Sequence record: KX397371.1
Direction: 5' to 3' (one strand)
DNA length: 64,000 nucleotides
Shown: in pieces, positions 14,279 to 24,251 of the stretch
Position numbering within the stretch: the first letter of the stretch is position 1
Layout of the letters: the number at the start of each line of letters is the position of its first letter
The notes under the pieces: generated by a model
What the model was told of the DNA's origin: nothing
Seen by the model: only the letters and a program-made list of their open reading frames with translations
The model's database searches: none
Position numbers and translations under genes: made by a program

Positions 14279-16591
14279 GTGGAATATAACGAACCCTTTC
14301 GGCTGTCAAAAGACGAGTACAATCGTGACATTGATGTCATTGATGCGTACTTCGAACAACTGACGCTGTACATCTGGCACCAAACTGATCACAAGTACAG
14401 CAAAGAATTTATCCGTGCACAACTCGATGAGATGTTTGCGGAAGATGGCGAACTGGCTCACACTTACCCGACTTGTAAGCTGTGGGTGCGCGACCAGCAA
14501 ACGGGTGACCGTAAAGAGAAGTTCACTACCGTGGACAAGCTGCTGCGCGTGGTCATCGATAAGCAGATTATTTCTGCACCATCACTGACCTTCTATTTAC
14601 CTGAGCATGTCAAGCGTTCGAAGCTCGCGGAATTCACCGCAGAGAACGTGCGTAAACGTGCGGTCATCAAAAACGAGATGTACGAAGCGGCGGCAGCCGG
14701 TAACGACGTCTTAAAGACCAACAAGAAGAACGAACAGAACGCCGTTAAGACATTGAACAACGGTATGTCCGGTGCGTTCTCATCTCCGTATACCGTTATC
14801 TTCAACCAGTCGTCACACTCTGTACTGACCTCCACCTGCCGAACAGCGACGTCGTTTGGTAACGCAGGTAACGAGCGTTTGTTGGGTGGGAACCGACATT
14901 ACGATACGCCAGCGCGTGTCATTGAGCACTTCCTCAGCATTGGTACCCTTACCGACTTCGCAGAATTCAAACGCTGTGTTGAGAAGTACAACCTGCATAT
15001 CCCAACCGTCCAAGAAACCATGGACGTCATCAACTACTCTGCTAACCTGTACTGGCGTTCTGCTGTTGGGTCAGAGAAAGTTGAACACTACGTGTCCCGC
15101 GTCAGTGATCTCGAACGTGCGGCCTTCGTCTACATGGGTGACTTCTTCCATCTGGCGAAATACAACGACGAGTTCATGCGTGGTTTCATCGGTGCACTGA
15201 TCTCCGAAGAAGAGTTCGGTGATTGCGCCCATTGGACAGACGCTGATTGGTCAGCTGCTGAGAAAACCATCGACGGCGACATGAAGATTGTGATTGCTCA
15301 GTTCCGTACCGATGTGGTACCGCTGGGTAAATCGTTTGGGGATGTGAAGCTCAAAGACGAAGAAACGGAGAAAGCATTACCGTGGAGTGAACAGGCCAAG
15401 TATAAAGAACTGATTAGCACCGCGATGTACTTGCAGCGCACCATCGGTGAATACGCTTGTCTGATTCGCAACGTCCTGACCACCAAAAACCTGCCAATCA
15501 ACATTGCCCGTATGCCGGACATGATTCGTCGTGTGGGTGTGGTATCCGATACGGACTCCACCATGATGACCGCGCAGTGGTGGGCACAGTGGTATACCGG
15601 TCAGCATTACGGTCGTGAAGCCACCCGTGTGTCAGATGCAATGATTTACATTGCGACTCAGCACCTGCGTCACCTCATGGCCAGTATGTCAGCGAACATC
15701 GGTGTGGCGAAAGAACGCCTGTTCCTGTACGCGATGAAGAACGAGTATAAGTTTGACTCGTTTGCACTGACCACGAAAGCGAAACACTACTTCTCCATTA
15801 TTACCGGACAGGAAGGTCAGCTCAAGAAAGACCCAGAGTTGGAAGTAAAAGGGGTGTCTCTGCGTACCTCGAACATTCCACCGGTTATCATGAAGGAATT
15901 CAAGAAAACGATTCGTGAGCTGTGTATGATTGTTGCACGCGGCGACCGTATCGAAATCGTACCACTGCTGGAGAAAGTGGCGGCTATCGAGCACAACGTT
16001 GTAGACTCACTGCGTGCCGGTAATGCTGGGTACCTGAAAACGACCAACATCAAATCCCGTGATGCTTATCAGGGCGATGAGAAATCGTATCACTACCACC
16101 GCATGTACAACGCTATCTTTGGGCCGAAGTATGGGTATCTGGAAGAACCACCGTATGATGCGGTGAAGCTGCCGGTGAACCTCGGGTCTAAAACCGCCAT
16201 GAAAGATTGGATTGAGTCTATCGAAGACCCAGTCATCCGTAATGGTGCGAAGCAGTGGTTTGAAGACACCAATGGCCGTACTTACGCAACCTTAATCCTG
16301 CCGGAATATCTGGTAGAGAACCACGGTATTCCACCGGAGCTGATTGCCGCGGCAGACTTACGCCGTACTGCGTTTGCCACGGTAGAACCGTATTACCACG
16401 TTCTTGAGTGCTTGGGCGTCTTCATGATTGATAAGAAGCGCACACGTCTGCTGTCAGACTACTACGGTGAAACTCTGGATGCCGAAGAAGTGTTGCCAGA
16501 ACTGAAAGATGTGAAGTACATCAAGAAATCTGAACGTGATGCGGAAGAAAGCGAGGAAGAAGAAGATGGTGAAGAAGATGCAGCTGAATAA
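14279..16591 (+). CDS. family-B DNA polymerase, polymerase-domain subunit (phiKZ gp50-like)
   Basis: Motif B-like QNAVKTLNNGMSG and motif C VSDTDS; lacks exonuclease and motif A; GTG start with AGGAG SD. Confidence 0.9.
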   Translation: MEYNEPFRLSKDEYNRDIDVIDAYFEQLTLYIWHQTDHKYSKEFIRAQLDEMFAEDGELAHTYPTCKLWVRDQQTGDRKEKFTTVDKLLRVVIDKQIISAPSLTFYLPEHVKRSKLAEFTAENVRKRAVIKNEMYEAAAAGNDVLKTNKKNEQNAVKTLNNGMSGAFSSPYTVIFNQSSHSVLTSTCRTATSFGNAGNERLLGGNRHYDTPARVIEHFLSIGTLTDFAEFKRCVEKYNLHIPTVQETMDVINYSANLYWRSAVGSEKVEHYVSRVSDLERAAFVYMGDFFHLAKYNDEFMRGFIGALISEEEFGDCAHWTDADWSAAEKTIDGDMKIVIAQFRTDVVPLGKSFGDVKLKDEETEKALPWSEQAKYKELISTAMYLQRTIGEYACLIRNVLTTKNLPINIARMPDMIRRVGVVSDTDSTMMTAQWWAQWYTGQHYGREATRVSDAMIYIATQHLRHLMASMSANIGVAKERLFLYAMKNEYKFDSFALTTKAKHYFSIITGQEGQLKKDPELEVKGVSLRTSNIPPVIMKEFKKTIRELCMIVARGDRIEIVPLLEKVAAIEHNVVDSLRAGNAGYLKTTNIKSRDAYQGDEKSYHYHRMYNAIFGPKYGYLEEPPYDAVKLPVNLGSKTAMKDWIESIEDPVIRNGAKQWFEDTNGRTYATLILPEYLVENHGIPPELIAAADLRRTAFATVEPYYHVLECLGVFMIDKKRTRLLSDYYGETLDAEEVLPELKDVKYIKKSERDAEESEEEEDGEEDAAE

Positions 16592-16895
16592 AATTACAGC
16601 CCGCTTTATTTCTAACCAACCGTATAAAACCATTAACAACATTATCATACCCCCCAACCAAACCATTGGGCCGGTACCGGCGGGTTCGACGGCGTCCTAC
16701 CCTAAGCAGGAAGTAACCCCTCTCGTTCTTTGGGAGGGTAAGGCTTCTGACATTGACCCGCAGCATGAGCAGGTGGATTTTATTCTGCGGACGTGGGTAG
16801 GGGTGTGTTTGCAAGAAAAAAGCATCGAACAGGTGCAGGCTGAGGAAGACGCTTATCGTGCACGATACCCTAAGCGGTTTCCTCCCAGACATTAA
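16578..16895 (+). CDS. hypothetical protein
   Basis: Probable ATG 16578 overlapping the polymerase stop. Confidence 0.65.
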   Translation: MQLNKITARFISNQPYKTINNIIIPPNQTIGPVPAGSTASYPKQEVTPLVLWEGKASDIDPQHEQVDFILRTWVGVCLQEKSIEQVQAEEDAYRARYPKRFPPRH

Positions 16896-16900
16896 GGTGG

Positions 16901-17083
16901 TTGGTCGTGTACCATGACATCAAATCGTCAAACGAGCGTATCGCTGAGATACGCCGGGAGTACACCGAAAAGGGGTACGAAAACATCACGGTCTGGCGAG
17001 CAGGGGAGCGGATACACATTCAGGCATACGACCCGAAGCGGAAACGCGACATTAACTGCTACGCCATTCCCAATCCATTGTAG
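16901..17083 (+). CDS. small hypothetical protein
   Basis: 60-aa ORF filling the gap between neighbours; start uncertain. Confidence 0.55.
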   Translation: MVVYHDIKSSNERIAEIRREYTEKGYENITVWRAGERIHIQAYDPKRKRDINCYAIPNPL

Positions 17084-17091
17084 GGATTCCC

Positions 17092-17676
17092 ATGGAACAG
17101 ATATTGTTGGAAAGGTTTAAACAGTTCTGCCGCAATGAACGCCTAAAAAGGATGCGGGAGAATCTCCGTGCAAGCATCTTAAAGATGGTAAATGATACAA
17201 ACGAAAAGTCTGGGTATAACGAAGCCCTTCATCGTGAACTCGATGACGACAAACTGATCCCACACTTTCGGATGCCGCAGGCGAATAAGATTTATCAGCC
17301 CGGTGGTAAAGGCTCCACGTTGGTTGTGGAGATGAACCCGAACTGTACGCTCGCCAAACGTCTGCTGAAAGAAGCCCAGTACCGCTACTTCGCTGTCTGG
17401 GATTTCGAAGAGATTGAGATGGACTACGGTTTAGCCGGGCACTGCCGTGTGACCGCATTGGCGGGGTTCCTCAATCGTTTTCCGGGTTTGAAGGGTAAAG
17501 TGTCTGTGGGTGAAGACACCCGTGGTCCAACATTGAATGCACCGAACGATGTGGTTGAGTTGGACTTCGTGGTGATTGCCCCCGATGGCAAGTATCATCT
17601 CCAGCGTTTTACCAACGACAACGTAGGGCATGTGTGCGCGCAATTGCACATCAGCTACTACCAGTCAAAAAAATAA
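17092..17676 (+). CDS. hypothetical protein
   Basis: 194-aa ORF. Confidence 0.8.
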   Translation: MEQILLERFKQFCRNERLKRMRENLRASILKMVNDTNEKSGYNEALHRELDDDKLIPHFRMPQANKIYQPGGKGSTLVVEMNPNCTLAKRLLKEAQYRYFAVWDFEEIEMDYGLAGHCRVTALAGFLNRFPGLKGKVSVGEDTRGPTLNAPNDVVELDFVVIAPDGKYHLQRFTNDNVGHVCAQLHISYYQSKK

Positions 17677-17682
17677 AATGAG

Positions 17683-17710
17683 GTAATTGCACCCTTTCGA
17701 GTGCAATTAC
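17683..17710. terminator. inverted repeat / bidirectional terminator
   Basis: Perfect 10-bp IR GTAATTGCAC/GTGCAATTAC between convergent genes; T-rich tract follows on the minus strand. Confidence 0.6.
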
Positions 17711-17766
17711 AAGTTATTCCCTATTATATGTAAACCGGAATGGTTTACGGGGGAGGGAGTAAATTC

Positions 17767-18831
17767 TCATTTTTCAGCATGGTCTAACAAGGGCTGAATC
17801 AGGCTTTGCCGGAAGTGGTTATAGACCGCCTTTGGCAACTTGTTTAAGACCTTGGTATCTGAGTAGCGACCGATCTCATACGAGACGTCCTTCAGGTACG
17901 CATCCATGTGACCTTTGTTGTACTGGAGACAGTGCAGCATCCAATGCCAGTTGACCAACGTCAGATGCCACGAGCCCTGGAATGTTAATCCGGGGTCACG
18001 GTGAACGATGCGGTCAATCGCACTCCGGTCTCCATCTAATGGAAACTGGAATGGCTGGATGACGTGTGCCAATACGACCCCCGGTATTGGATTCCCCGTC
18101 AATAGCGACTGACGTGTCTGGGTGGCGTTGCGGATAGCAATATCGCGCAGCGGCGGAACCGGAATCGTTCGCAAAGGTTGATCCATCTCTATATCTTGAC
18201 CTGTCGCGACAAAGCGATGGATGTTAAGTAAAGAGATATCCATATAGCTCGGCAGCATACGGCTGATAACGTGTCGCCAGATATACGTCGGGCTGGTCAC
18301 TACTTCGTTGGAACGGTTGTAATAGGCAAATGCTTTAACGTGTTGCCACAGCAGCTCTACGAGATTGATCTCGATAATACTCACCCCACGCGGCTTGCCA
18401 TTCCCGAGTTGCCAGTTTAGATTGGTATACTCGTGATACAGGTAGCGGGCCGGTGCGTATTCGCGAAAGGATAACTCAGGATCGATTGGGCGGGCCACGA
18501 GCGAGATGATCTCATCCTGGCCTTCGATGAACATACCGTTGAAGACTTTTCCGTATTCACCCATCGAGGTTAAGCGCTCGGCGTTGCCGATGCCAATCAA
18601 CCGTCGGCGACATGCCCACTCTACGGTTTCGTAGTCGGGGTCTGTTGAGTAACCGATGGCTGAGATTAACTTCGCGATGAGGTGGCCGGATTCTACACGG
18701 GTCTGTACCGAGTCAAAGTAGTTGCGAATACGTTGGTGGTTATTTTTTACAAGAGCTGCCAATTGTATAGCGGTAGGGTCGACGTTATGCCCTTTGATTT
18801 CCACTTGCTTTAATTCGGCTTGACTGAACAT
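17767..18831 (-). CDS. conserved Chimalliviridae protein upstream of chimallin (phiKZ gp52-like)
   Basis: AGGAG SD before ATG 18831; late-type TATG at 18852-18855 on the minus strand; synteny. Confidence 0.75.
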   Translation of the reverse strand: MFSQAELKQVEIKGHNVDPTAIQLAALVKNNHQRIRNYFDSVQTRVESGHLIAKLISAIGYSTDPDYETVEWACRRRLIGIGNAERLTSMGEYGKVFNGMFIEGQDEIISLVARPIDPELSFREYAPARYLYHEYTNLNWQLGNGKPRGVSIIEINLVELLWQHVKAFAYYNRSNEVVTSPTYIWRHVISRMLPSYMDISLLNIHRFVATGQDIEMDQPLRTIPVPPLRDIAIRNATQTRQSLLTGNPIPGVVLAHVIQPFQFPLDGDRSAIDRIVHRDPGLTFQGSWHLTLVNWHWMLHCLQYNKGHMDAYLKDVSYEIGRYSDTKVLNKLPKAVYNHFRQSLIQPLLDHAEK

Positions 18832-18883
18832 GATTCTCTCCTGTGTTACCACATAGGAACTAGGTCGTAGTCAAAGAAATTAC

Positions 18884-18995
18884 AGATGTATATTATCATT
18901 GTGACGGTTCCGGTTATTCTTTCTGTTATGTGTTATTCATTAGGCGACGGCTTAACTGTATCCCACAAATTTACAGATTGATATTATCACTGTGA
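18884..18995 (+). promoter_or_regulatory. tandem early promoters of chimallin
   Basis: TATATTATC-ATT-GTGA (18889-18904) and GATATTATC-ACT-GTGA (18980-18995), each preceded by TTACAGAT. Confidence 0.75.
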
Positions 18996-19034
18996 ACTTA
19001 CTCGTACTAATTATCTTTCAAGGATTATATAACC

Positions 19035-20846
19035 ATGGTTAAATATGTTGGCGAAAATAACACTCACGTTGAAGCTCAAGCTGCTGCTGCGGAGTCTGTA
19101 AACGTAACTCAGAACACCACTAAAGCTGCACCGGCTGCTGACTACAGCACTGGTAACCACGTCGATTCTTTCGACCAAGCGTTTGACTGGTCTTCTTCTT
19201 CTTCTAGCGCAAACGACTTCGTGCGTCTGCTGAAAGAAGCCGCTGAGAAAAACGAATACCTGTCCCGTTTCCGTTACGGTCTGGTAAAAGGCATCTCTGC
19301 CGAAATGGGTTCTGCCGCATACGTTGCTGGCGAACTGAACGGCGCATGGCTGTACGGTCTGGTCTTCTTCGAGAAGGGCCAGTCTATCCGTATCTACGAA
19401 ACCACCAACCGTCAGGAAGATTACTTCACCCTGTCTAGCCTCATCAATAAAGATGTGCTGGCGAAGGTGTCTGAGTCTATCCGTGAAGACCACGGTATCG
19501 ATAACGTCCACTACATGATCACCAACTGTGTGCCTGACTTCTCCGGCAACGTGGTTGACATCAACTGGGCGAAGTCTCTGATGGGCCAGCTGCTGCTGGG
19601 CGTGTTCGGTCGTGCGGTAGGTTACTTGGGTACCATCGTGCTGAAGAAAACCGATCGCTTCGTAGCGAACGTTGCAACTCCGGAAACGGGCGTAGCAACC
19701 GACGTCAACGGTCACCCGAACCGTGCGGACATCGCTGTGTACGTTGAGCATACGCCGACCAATCAGGAAAGCGATACCCCAACGCTGCTGAGCGATAGCA
19801 TCCCAACTGCGTACCCACCGGTTCGTAGCTGCGGTTATCCGAACCTGCGCTTCACCGGCCTGAAAAAGGCAGTGGACGGCGTACAGGATCTGAAACAGCT
19901 GCAAGGTGAAGTTGTTGTGTCACTGATTGACTCTCAGGCGAAAGGCTCTAAGGCCCCGCTGGAGCGTCAGTTCATCGCATTCGGCGCGTTCGCGGATATC
20001 GCACAGAACGGCGGCTGGCGTGACCTGTACATCAACACCCTGAACAAACAGGATCGTAAGTTCTCCGCACTGGCTTCTCATCTGAGCTGGGGTGCAGAGC
20101 AGGCTCCTGACCTGGGTAAACTGGATAGCTCTCGTGAGCTGGTTGACCGCGCACTGCGTGTGTTCGCACCAAGCTCTGCTGCGCTGGTAGTCCGTCATCG
20201 TGCGGGTAACGGTGTGGGTGGTCTGTCCAACATGTTCGCTGAGATTGCTCTGCGTAACACCAACACCCTGGGTCAGCTGCTGAACGTTCTGAACAGCATG
20301 TTCGGCGATGTTGATGGTGTGAACTTCACTACCTACCTCGGTCAGCAACTGGGTGTATCTACCATCACCTGTGCACATATCGTTGCAGCCGCAGTGCCGA
20401 CTCTGGATGGCGTGTACACGTCTACCGCAGCGCATCGCTCACTGCAAGATATGGACCTGACCTCTGTTGCTACTCACCTGGGTGACAAACAGCAGGAAAT
20501 GTACCGTTACATGCACGCCCAGTCTTACGCTAACCGTGAGCTGGAAGGTCATGCTCAGCGCATCTACCTGGCTAAGCTGGCTTCTGCAATGTACGGTAAC
20601 CGTTCACTGCGCTTCACTGGCGAATCTCTGGATATGGCAATCCATCCGGTGTTCGCACGTTGCGTACTGGATAAGCTGCGCCAGAAAGCAAGCTTCCAGG
20701 TGAACGGCGTCAACGCCAACAACGAGCTGGACAACTCCCTGTTCTACAACCAGGGTGGTGAAACGTTCGTGCTGTCAGGTAACGGCCAGACTGGTGGTAT
20801 CGACACATTCGGTCTGGGTGTAACCCTTACCGACTACAAACTGTAA
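19035..20846 (+). CDS. chmA: chimallin, major phage-nucleus shell protein
   Basis: ~600 aa with low-complexity N-arm and Gly-rich C-tail, strong high-expression codon bias, double early promoter, position between the gp52-like gene and nvRNAP beta' (synteny inference). Confidence 0.8.
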   Translation: MVKYVGENNTHVEAQAAAAESVNVTQNTTKAAPAADYSTGNHVDSFDQAFDWSSSSSSANDFVRLLKEAAEKNEYLSRFRYGLVKGISAEMGSAAYVAGELNGAWLYGLVFFEKGQSIRIYETTNRQEDYFTLSSLINKDVLAKVSESIREDHGIDNVHYMITNCVPDFSGNVVDINWAKSLMGQLLLGVFGRAVGYLGTIVLKKTDRFVANVATPETGVATDVNGHPNRADIAVYVEHTPTNQESDTPTLLSDSIPTAYPPVRSCGYPNLRFTGLKKAVDGVQDLKQLQGEVVVSLIDSQAKGSKAPLERQFIAFGAFADIAQNGGWRDLYINTLNKQDRKFSALASHLSWGAEQAPDLGKLDSSRELVDRALRVFAPSSAALVVRHRAGNGVGGLSNMFAEIALRNTNTLGQLLNVLNSMFGDVDGVNFTTYLGQQLGVSTITCAHIVAAAVPTLDGVYTSTAAHRSLQDMDLTSVATHLGDKQQEMYRYMHAQSYANRELEGHAQRIYLAKLASAMYGNRSLRFTGESLDMAIHPVFARCVLDKLRQKASFQVNGVNANNELDNSLFYNQGGETFVLSGNGQTGGIDTFGLGVTLTDYKL

Positions 20847-20865
20847 TCCGTTTGTAGTGTAGTCG

Positions 20866-20906
20866 GGGTGGGAGCATTTGCTCCCACCCTACCACCATCT
20901 TTTTTT
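20866..20906 (+). terminator. Rho-independent terminator
   Basis: GGGTGGGAGC-ATTT-GCTCCCACCC with a downstream T7 run. Confidence 0.7.
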
Positions 20907-20919
20907 GGTTGAGGTAAAA

Positions 20920-22512
20920 ATGCAGGCACCAAAGTTTTATGGAATCTCAGGACGATTAGAGGCACAGGATCATTATCTGCGTGACCTCCTTATCGAGGCC
21001 GGAGCGAAACAAATTAAACCTCCGACCATCATCAATGACTTGGCCATTGGTGGTGACCCCATCAAAGTGGCTGAGCAGATTGACCTGCTGGTGCAAAACC
21101 GCATTATTGATGAACAGCTCAACTCTGCGCCAATTTGTAGCATCACTTGCGATAACCCGATCGCCCACCGTTACAACCTCGGTAAGCAATGTCCATGTTG
21201 TGGATATCGTGTCACCGAAAACCGTATTGAATCAGACGTGTGGTTGCGTGCGCCAGATGAGATTGAGTATTTCATCAACCCGCGCTTCTGGGCGATGTTC
21301 AATGCGTTCTTTAATAACAACAAGAAACCGCGCAAGTTTGATCGGACAAAAGTTGCCATCGGTAACGGATCTGATCTGATGATGTGGTTCCTTGACCCGT
21401 ATTACCGTGCCGATGAGCCAGACTCAAAACGTGCGGCTGTTGTGAAGCGAATCATGGAAGAACATGGTGTCCGTCGTGGGATTCATTATTTCACCGGCCA
21501 CTACAAACAAATCTTTGATATACTTACCCGGCCTGACAACTGGCGTGAGATTTATCCACCGCAACGCAACAATGCGAGTGAAAGCGAAATCCTGCGTACC
21601 CAATGGGTAGAGCTGATCGAAACCCAAGGTAAGGCTATACTCACCAAACATCTGCCGATTATTTCGTCGAAGATGATTGTGTCCGAGGAAGGTCGCCGTG
21701 GTGTGGTGATTGACCCTATCTTCACCGCTGCCATTGACTCGGTGAAAAACATTGCGCAGTTGTACACCCGTAAACGCAGTATGGAATCACGCTTTGTTAT
21801 CAGTAAGGCACTGAAAGCAAACCGTCAGTTGACGTATTTCCATATTGACTTCCGTCGTGAGACACTGGAACAAAAGCCGGGCCACTATCGTGCGAAAGTA
21901 TCTTCAACGCATGTGTGTAACTCCGGTCGTGCAACAATCTCACCAATTGCCTCTCCGCATGATGCGTGGAAGTTGGTGGCACCATGGCGTTGGTCAGTTG
22001 GCTTGCTCAGCGTAGACATCGAGTCGAAACTGTTGCAGCGTGGCTTCTCCTCACGTCAGTGTGAACGTATTGTTGCAAAAGCAGCGATGCAGTATGATCC
22101 GTTGGTCGATGAAATCTTCAAAGAGCTGATTGCGGAGTCACCGGGTGGCATGGGTATCCTTGTCCTACCACTGCGTAACCCAACGTTGGTTCAGCTGTCT
22201 GTACAGGCGCTGTGGATTGACCAAATCATCACGGATGTTGACCAGTGTTCGATTCGTATCTCTGACCGCGTCATTAAGATGGCTAACGCCGACTTTGATG
22301 GTGACCAGCTCATGGTTTACCGTCCGACCGATCAAATCGAAATCGATCTGGCGATGGCGTTCCGTCCAGACAACGGGTTCATGTCGTCTACCAAAGTCAA
22401 TGAGGTAGAAAGAGGCATGATTTTACATAGCGAACTTATCAGTATGCAGAACAGCTTCCTCTTAGAGGCCGAAGAGGATGATGAAGTAGGTTTAGCACTC
22501 GAAGACTTATAA
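20920..22512 (+). CDS. non-virion RNA polymerase beta' N-terminal/catalytic subunit (phiKZ gp55-56.1-like)
   Basis: Catalytic NADFDGD motif; N-terminal Zn finger C-x3-C...CPCC; GAGGT SD before ATG 20920. Confidence 0.92.
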   Translation: MQAPKFYGISGRLEAQDHYLRDLLIEAGAKQIKPPTIINDLAIGGDPIKVAEQIDLLVQNRIIDEQLNSAPICSITCDNPIAHRYNLGKQCPCCGYRVTENRIESDVWLRAPDEIEYFINPRFWAMFNAFFNNNKKPRKFDRTKVAIGNGSDLMMWFLDPYYRADEPDSKRAAVVKRIMEEHGVRRGIHYFTGHYKQIFDILTRPDNWREIYPPQRNNASESEILRTQWVELIETQGKAILTKHLPIISSKMIVSEEGRRGVVIDPIFTAAIDSVKNIAQLYTRKRSMESRFVISKALKANRQLTYFHIDFRRETLEQKPGHYRAKVSSTHVCNSGRATISPIASPHDAWKLVAPWRWSVGLLSVDIESKLLQRGFSSRQCERIVAKAAMQYDPLVDEIFKELIAESPGGMGILVLPLRNPTLVQLSVQALWIDQIITDVDQCSIRISDRVIKMANADFDGDQLMVYRPTDQIEIDLAMAFRPDNGFMSSTKVNEVERGMILHSELISMQNSFLLEAEEDDEVGLALEDL

Positions 22513-22527
22513 CAGGAGCAAACGAGT

Positions 22528-23115
22528 ATGTCGATGTGGAAGAATCTCTCTACCGCGTTTACGAAACAAGAAACCGGTAGCGGCTTTCATGATTTCTTTG
22601 AAAGCAAATTTAACATCGACCTGATAGCCCCCGACATGCGTGATAGCGTGTTGGAGCATCGTCGTGAGTTAGCGAATATGGAAATTTTCCGTAAGACCAC
22701 TGCGGCCGTACGCAAACTTCGCCATTCCGATGGTACAGAATGCATCCGCCAGCTGGAAACTATTGGGGAATTCCAACACGCCAATCCACTGCTGCAACCG
22801 TTCTTGGTCGCCATGCCTGAATACCGTAAACCGTATAACGAATTTATGGCATCAGGCTATGAGAAAGGTTTCTCCGAGCTGGATATCTTCCGTGGTAATG
22901 CGTATATGCACACGGACGATAACTATCGTGAGATGACCACTGACGTCTCTACCGAATACGATGAAGATCGTATCTGGCATTGGGTAACCAATGAAGACCG
23001 TCAGTACCGTCCGGACGCTGTCGCGAAGGTCGAGTTAAATATCAACCGCGTGAGAATGCGAGACTTTGATTGGGAAGATGCAGATCCTTGCTCCCAATTC
23101 AACGCCTCGATGTAA
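22528..23115 (+). CDS. conserved hypothetical protein
   Basis: 195 aa; AGGAG SD. Confidence 0.85.
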   Translation: MSMWKNLSTAFTKQETGSGFHDFFESKFNIDLIAPDMRDSVLEHRRELANMEIFRKTTAAVRKLRHSDGTECIRQLETIGEFQHANPLLQPFLVAMPEYRKPYNEFMASGYEKGFSELDIFRGNAYMHTDDNYREMTTDVSTEYDEDRIWHWVTNEDRQYRPDAVAKVELNINRVRMRDFDWEDADPCSQFNASM

Positions 23116-23122
23116 TAGAAGA

Positions 23123-23153
23123 AGAGAGGGAGATAAGCACCCTCTCTTTTTTT
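23123..23153 (+). terminator. Rho-independent terminator
   Basis: AGAGAGGG...CCCTCTCT followed by a T run. Confidence 0.65.
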
Positions 23154-23200
23154 CTTCTGTCAGCGCCCAAATCCTATGTCAGTAACTGGGGAGATTAAAA

Positions 23201-23587
23201 ATGGTCGTTGCAGTCGGAACACTTTCTACGCGGGGTTGGGCAAAAACAACCGGCGATATTATCACGGAACTGATGAACCACTATACCGAAGCCGGGTATA
23301 GCCAGTCAGTGATTTACCGTGGGAATATCAAATCATTCTCTTTCCGCTGTGCTGCGTTCGCGCAAGACCCTGAGGAACTGGCATCCAAAGTCCAACAAGA
23401 CTTGGTGTCCTTATACGGGGGTGTGTTCACAGCCGGAGTAGAGGTCGAGTGTACTTACGAGTACCTTAACGATTCAGACATACGCTACCGTCTGATCATC
23501 AGCCTGCGGGTGTTACCAGCAGTGGGTGGTGATTGGGTTGACGCCATGCGTTATGTGAATGTAGATAAAGGAGCTTACGGTGGTTGA
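23201..23587 (+). CDS. conserved protein, possibly T4 gp25-like baseplate component
   Basis: GGAG SD; late TATG at 23175; size and C-terminal beta pattern recall gp25 (weak inference). The ORF is solid, the function is not. Confidence 0.45.
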   Translation: MVVAVGTLSTRGWAKTTGDIITELMNHYTEAGYSQSVIYRGNIKSFSFRCAAFAQDPEELASKVQQDLVSLYGGVFTAGVEVECTYEYLNDSDIRYRLIISLRVLPAVGGDWVDAMRYVNVDKGAYGG

Positions 23588-24251
23588 CGAACCGATTAAG
23601 TTTGAAAACAACGCCATGTACGACCTGAACAAGATGGGGCCACAGGAAGTCTTCGAGTTTAACCGCGCGATGGATATCGAAGCGGAGATTCGTGATAACC
23701 TCGACCCGTACGCTCGCTTTACCGAGAGCATGTTCCGTCGTCAGGCATTGCCAATTCTCAGCGGTCTGCTGGATGGGTCATTTGATGACAATGCGTACAT
23801 CAACTGCATTGGTTCTGCGATGGTACCGTTACAGGTAGTGCAGGACGAAGATCCGACCAAACTGATGTTCACCATACCACCGTTGTTCTTTACCGGACAA
23901 TCGTTGCTGCATGTGGAAGGACAACAGTCCCTGACCGATGAAGCGCTGGAGATTTCGTCGCGTGCGGAAATTCTGCCGATTCTGGGGCCACGCGCCAAAC
24001 ACGATCTCATTGTCAATACGCTGGACGGTATTGAGATGGCGTCGTACGAAACCAATCGTCGTCGCGCTAAGCAAACGATTGATCTGCTGAACTGGGTGTT
24101 CAAGCGTTATAAGCTGAATGGCCAGATTGCGTATCCTGTGGGCATGGAAGATTTGATCCAAGCCGACGGTAAAGCTGCTGCACCTGCGGCGGTTGTACAA
24201 CGCCAGCCGATTATCTCAGACGATGGTATTGAAGATGGTGAAGACCTCTAA
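23580..24251 (+). CDS. conserved hypothetical protein
   Basis: GTG start with AAGGAG SD; 223 aa. Confidence 0.8.
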   Translation: MVDEPIKFENNAMYDLNKMGPQEVFEFNRAMDIEAEIRDNLDPYARFTESMFRRQALPILSGLLDGSFDDNAYINCIGSAMVPLQVVQDEDPTKLMFTIPPLFFTGQSLLHVEGQQSLTDEALEISSRAEILPILGPRAKHDLIVNTLDGIEMASYETNRRRAKQTIDLLNWVFKRYKLNGQIAYPVGMEDLIQADGKAAAPAAVVQRQPIISDDGIEDGEDL

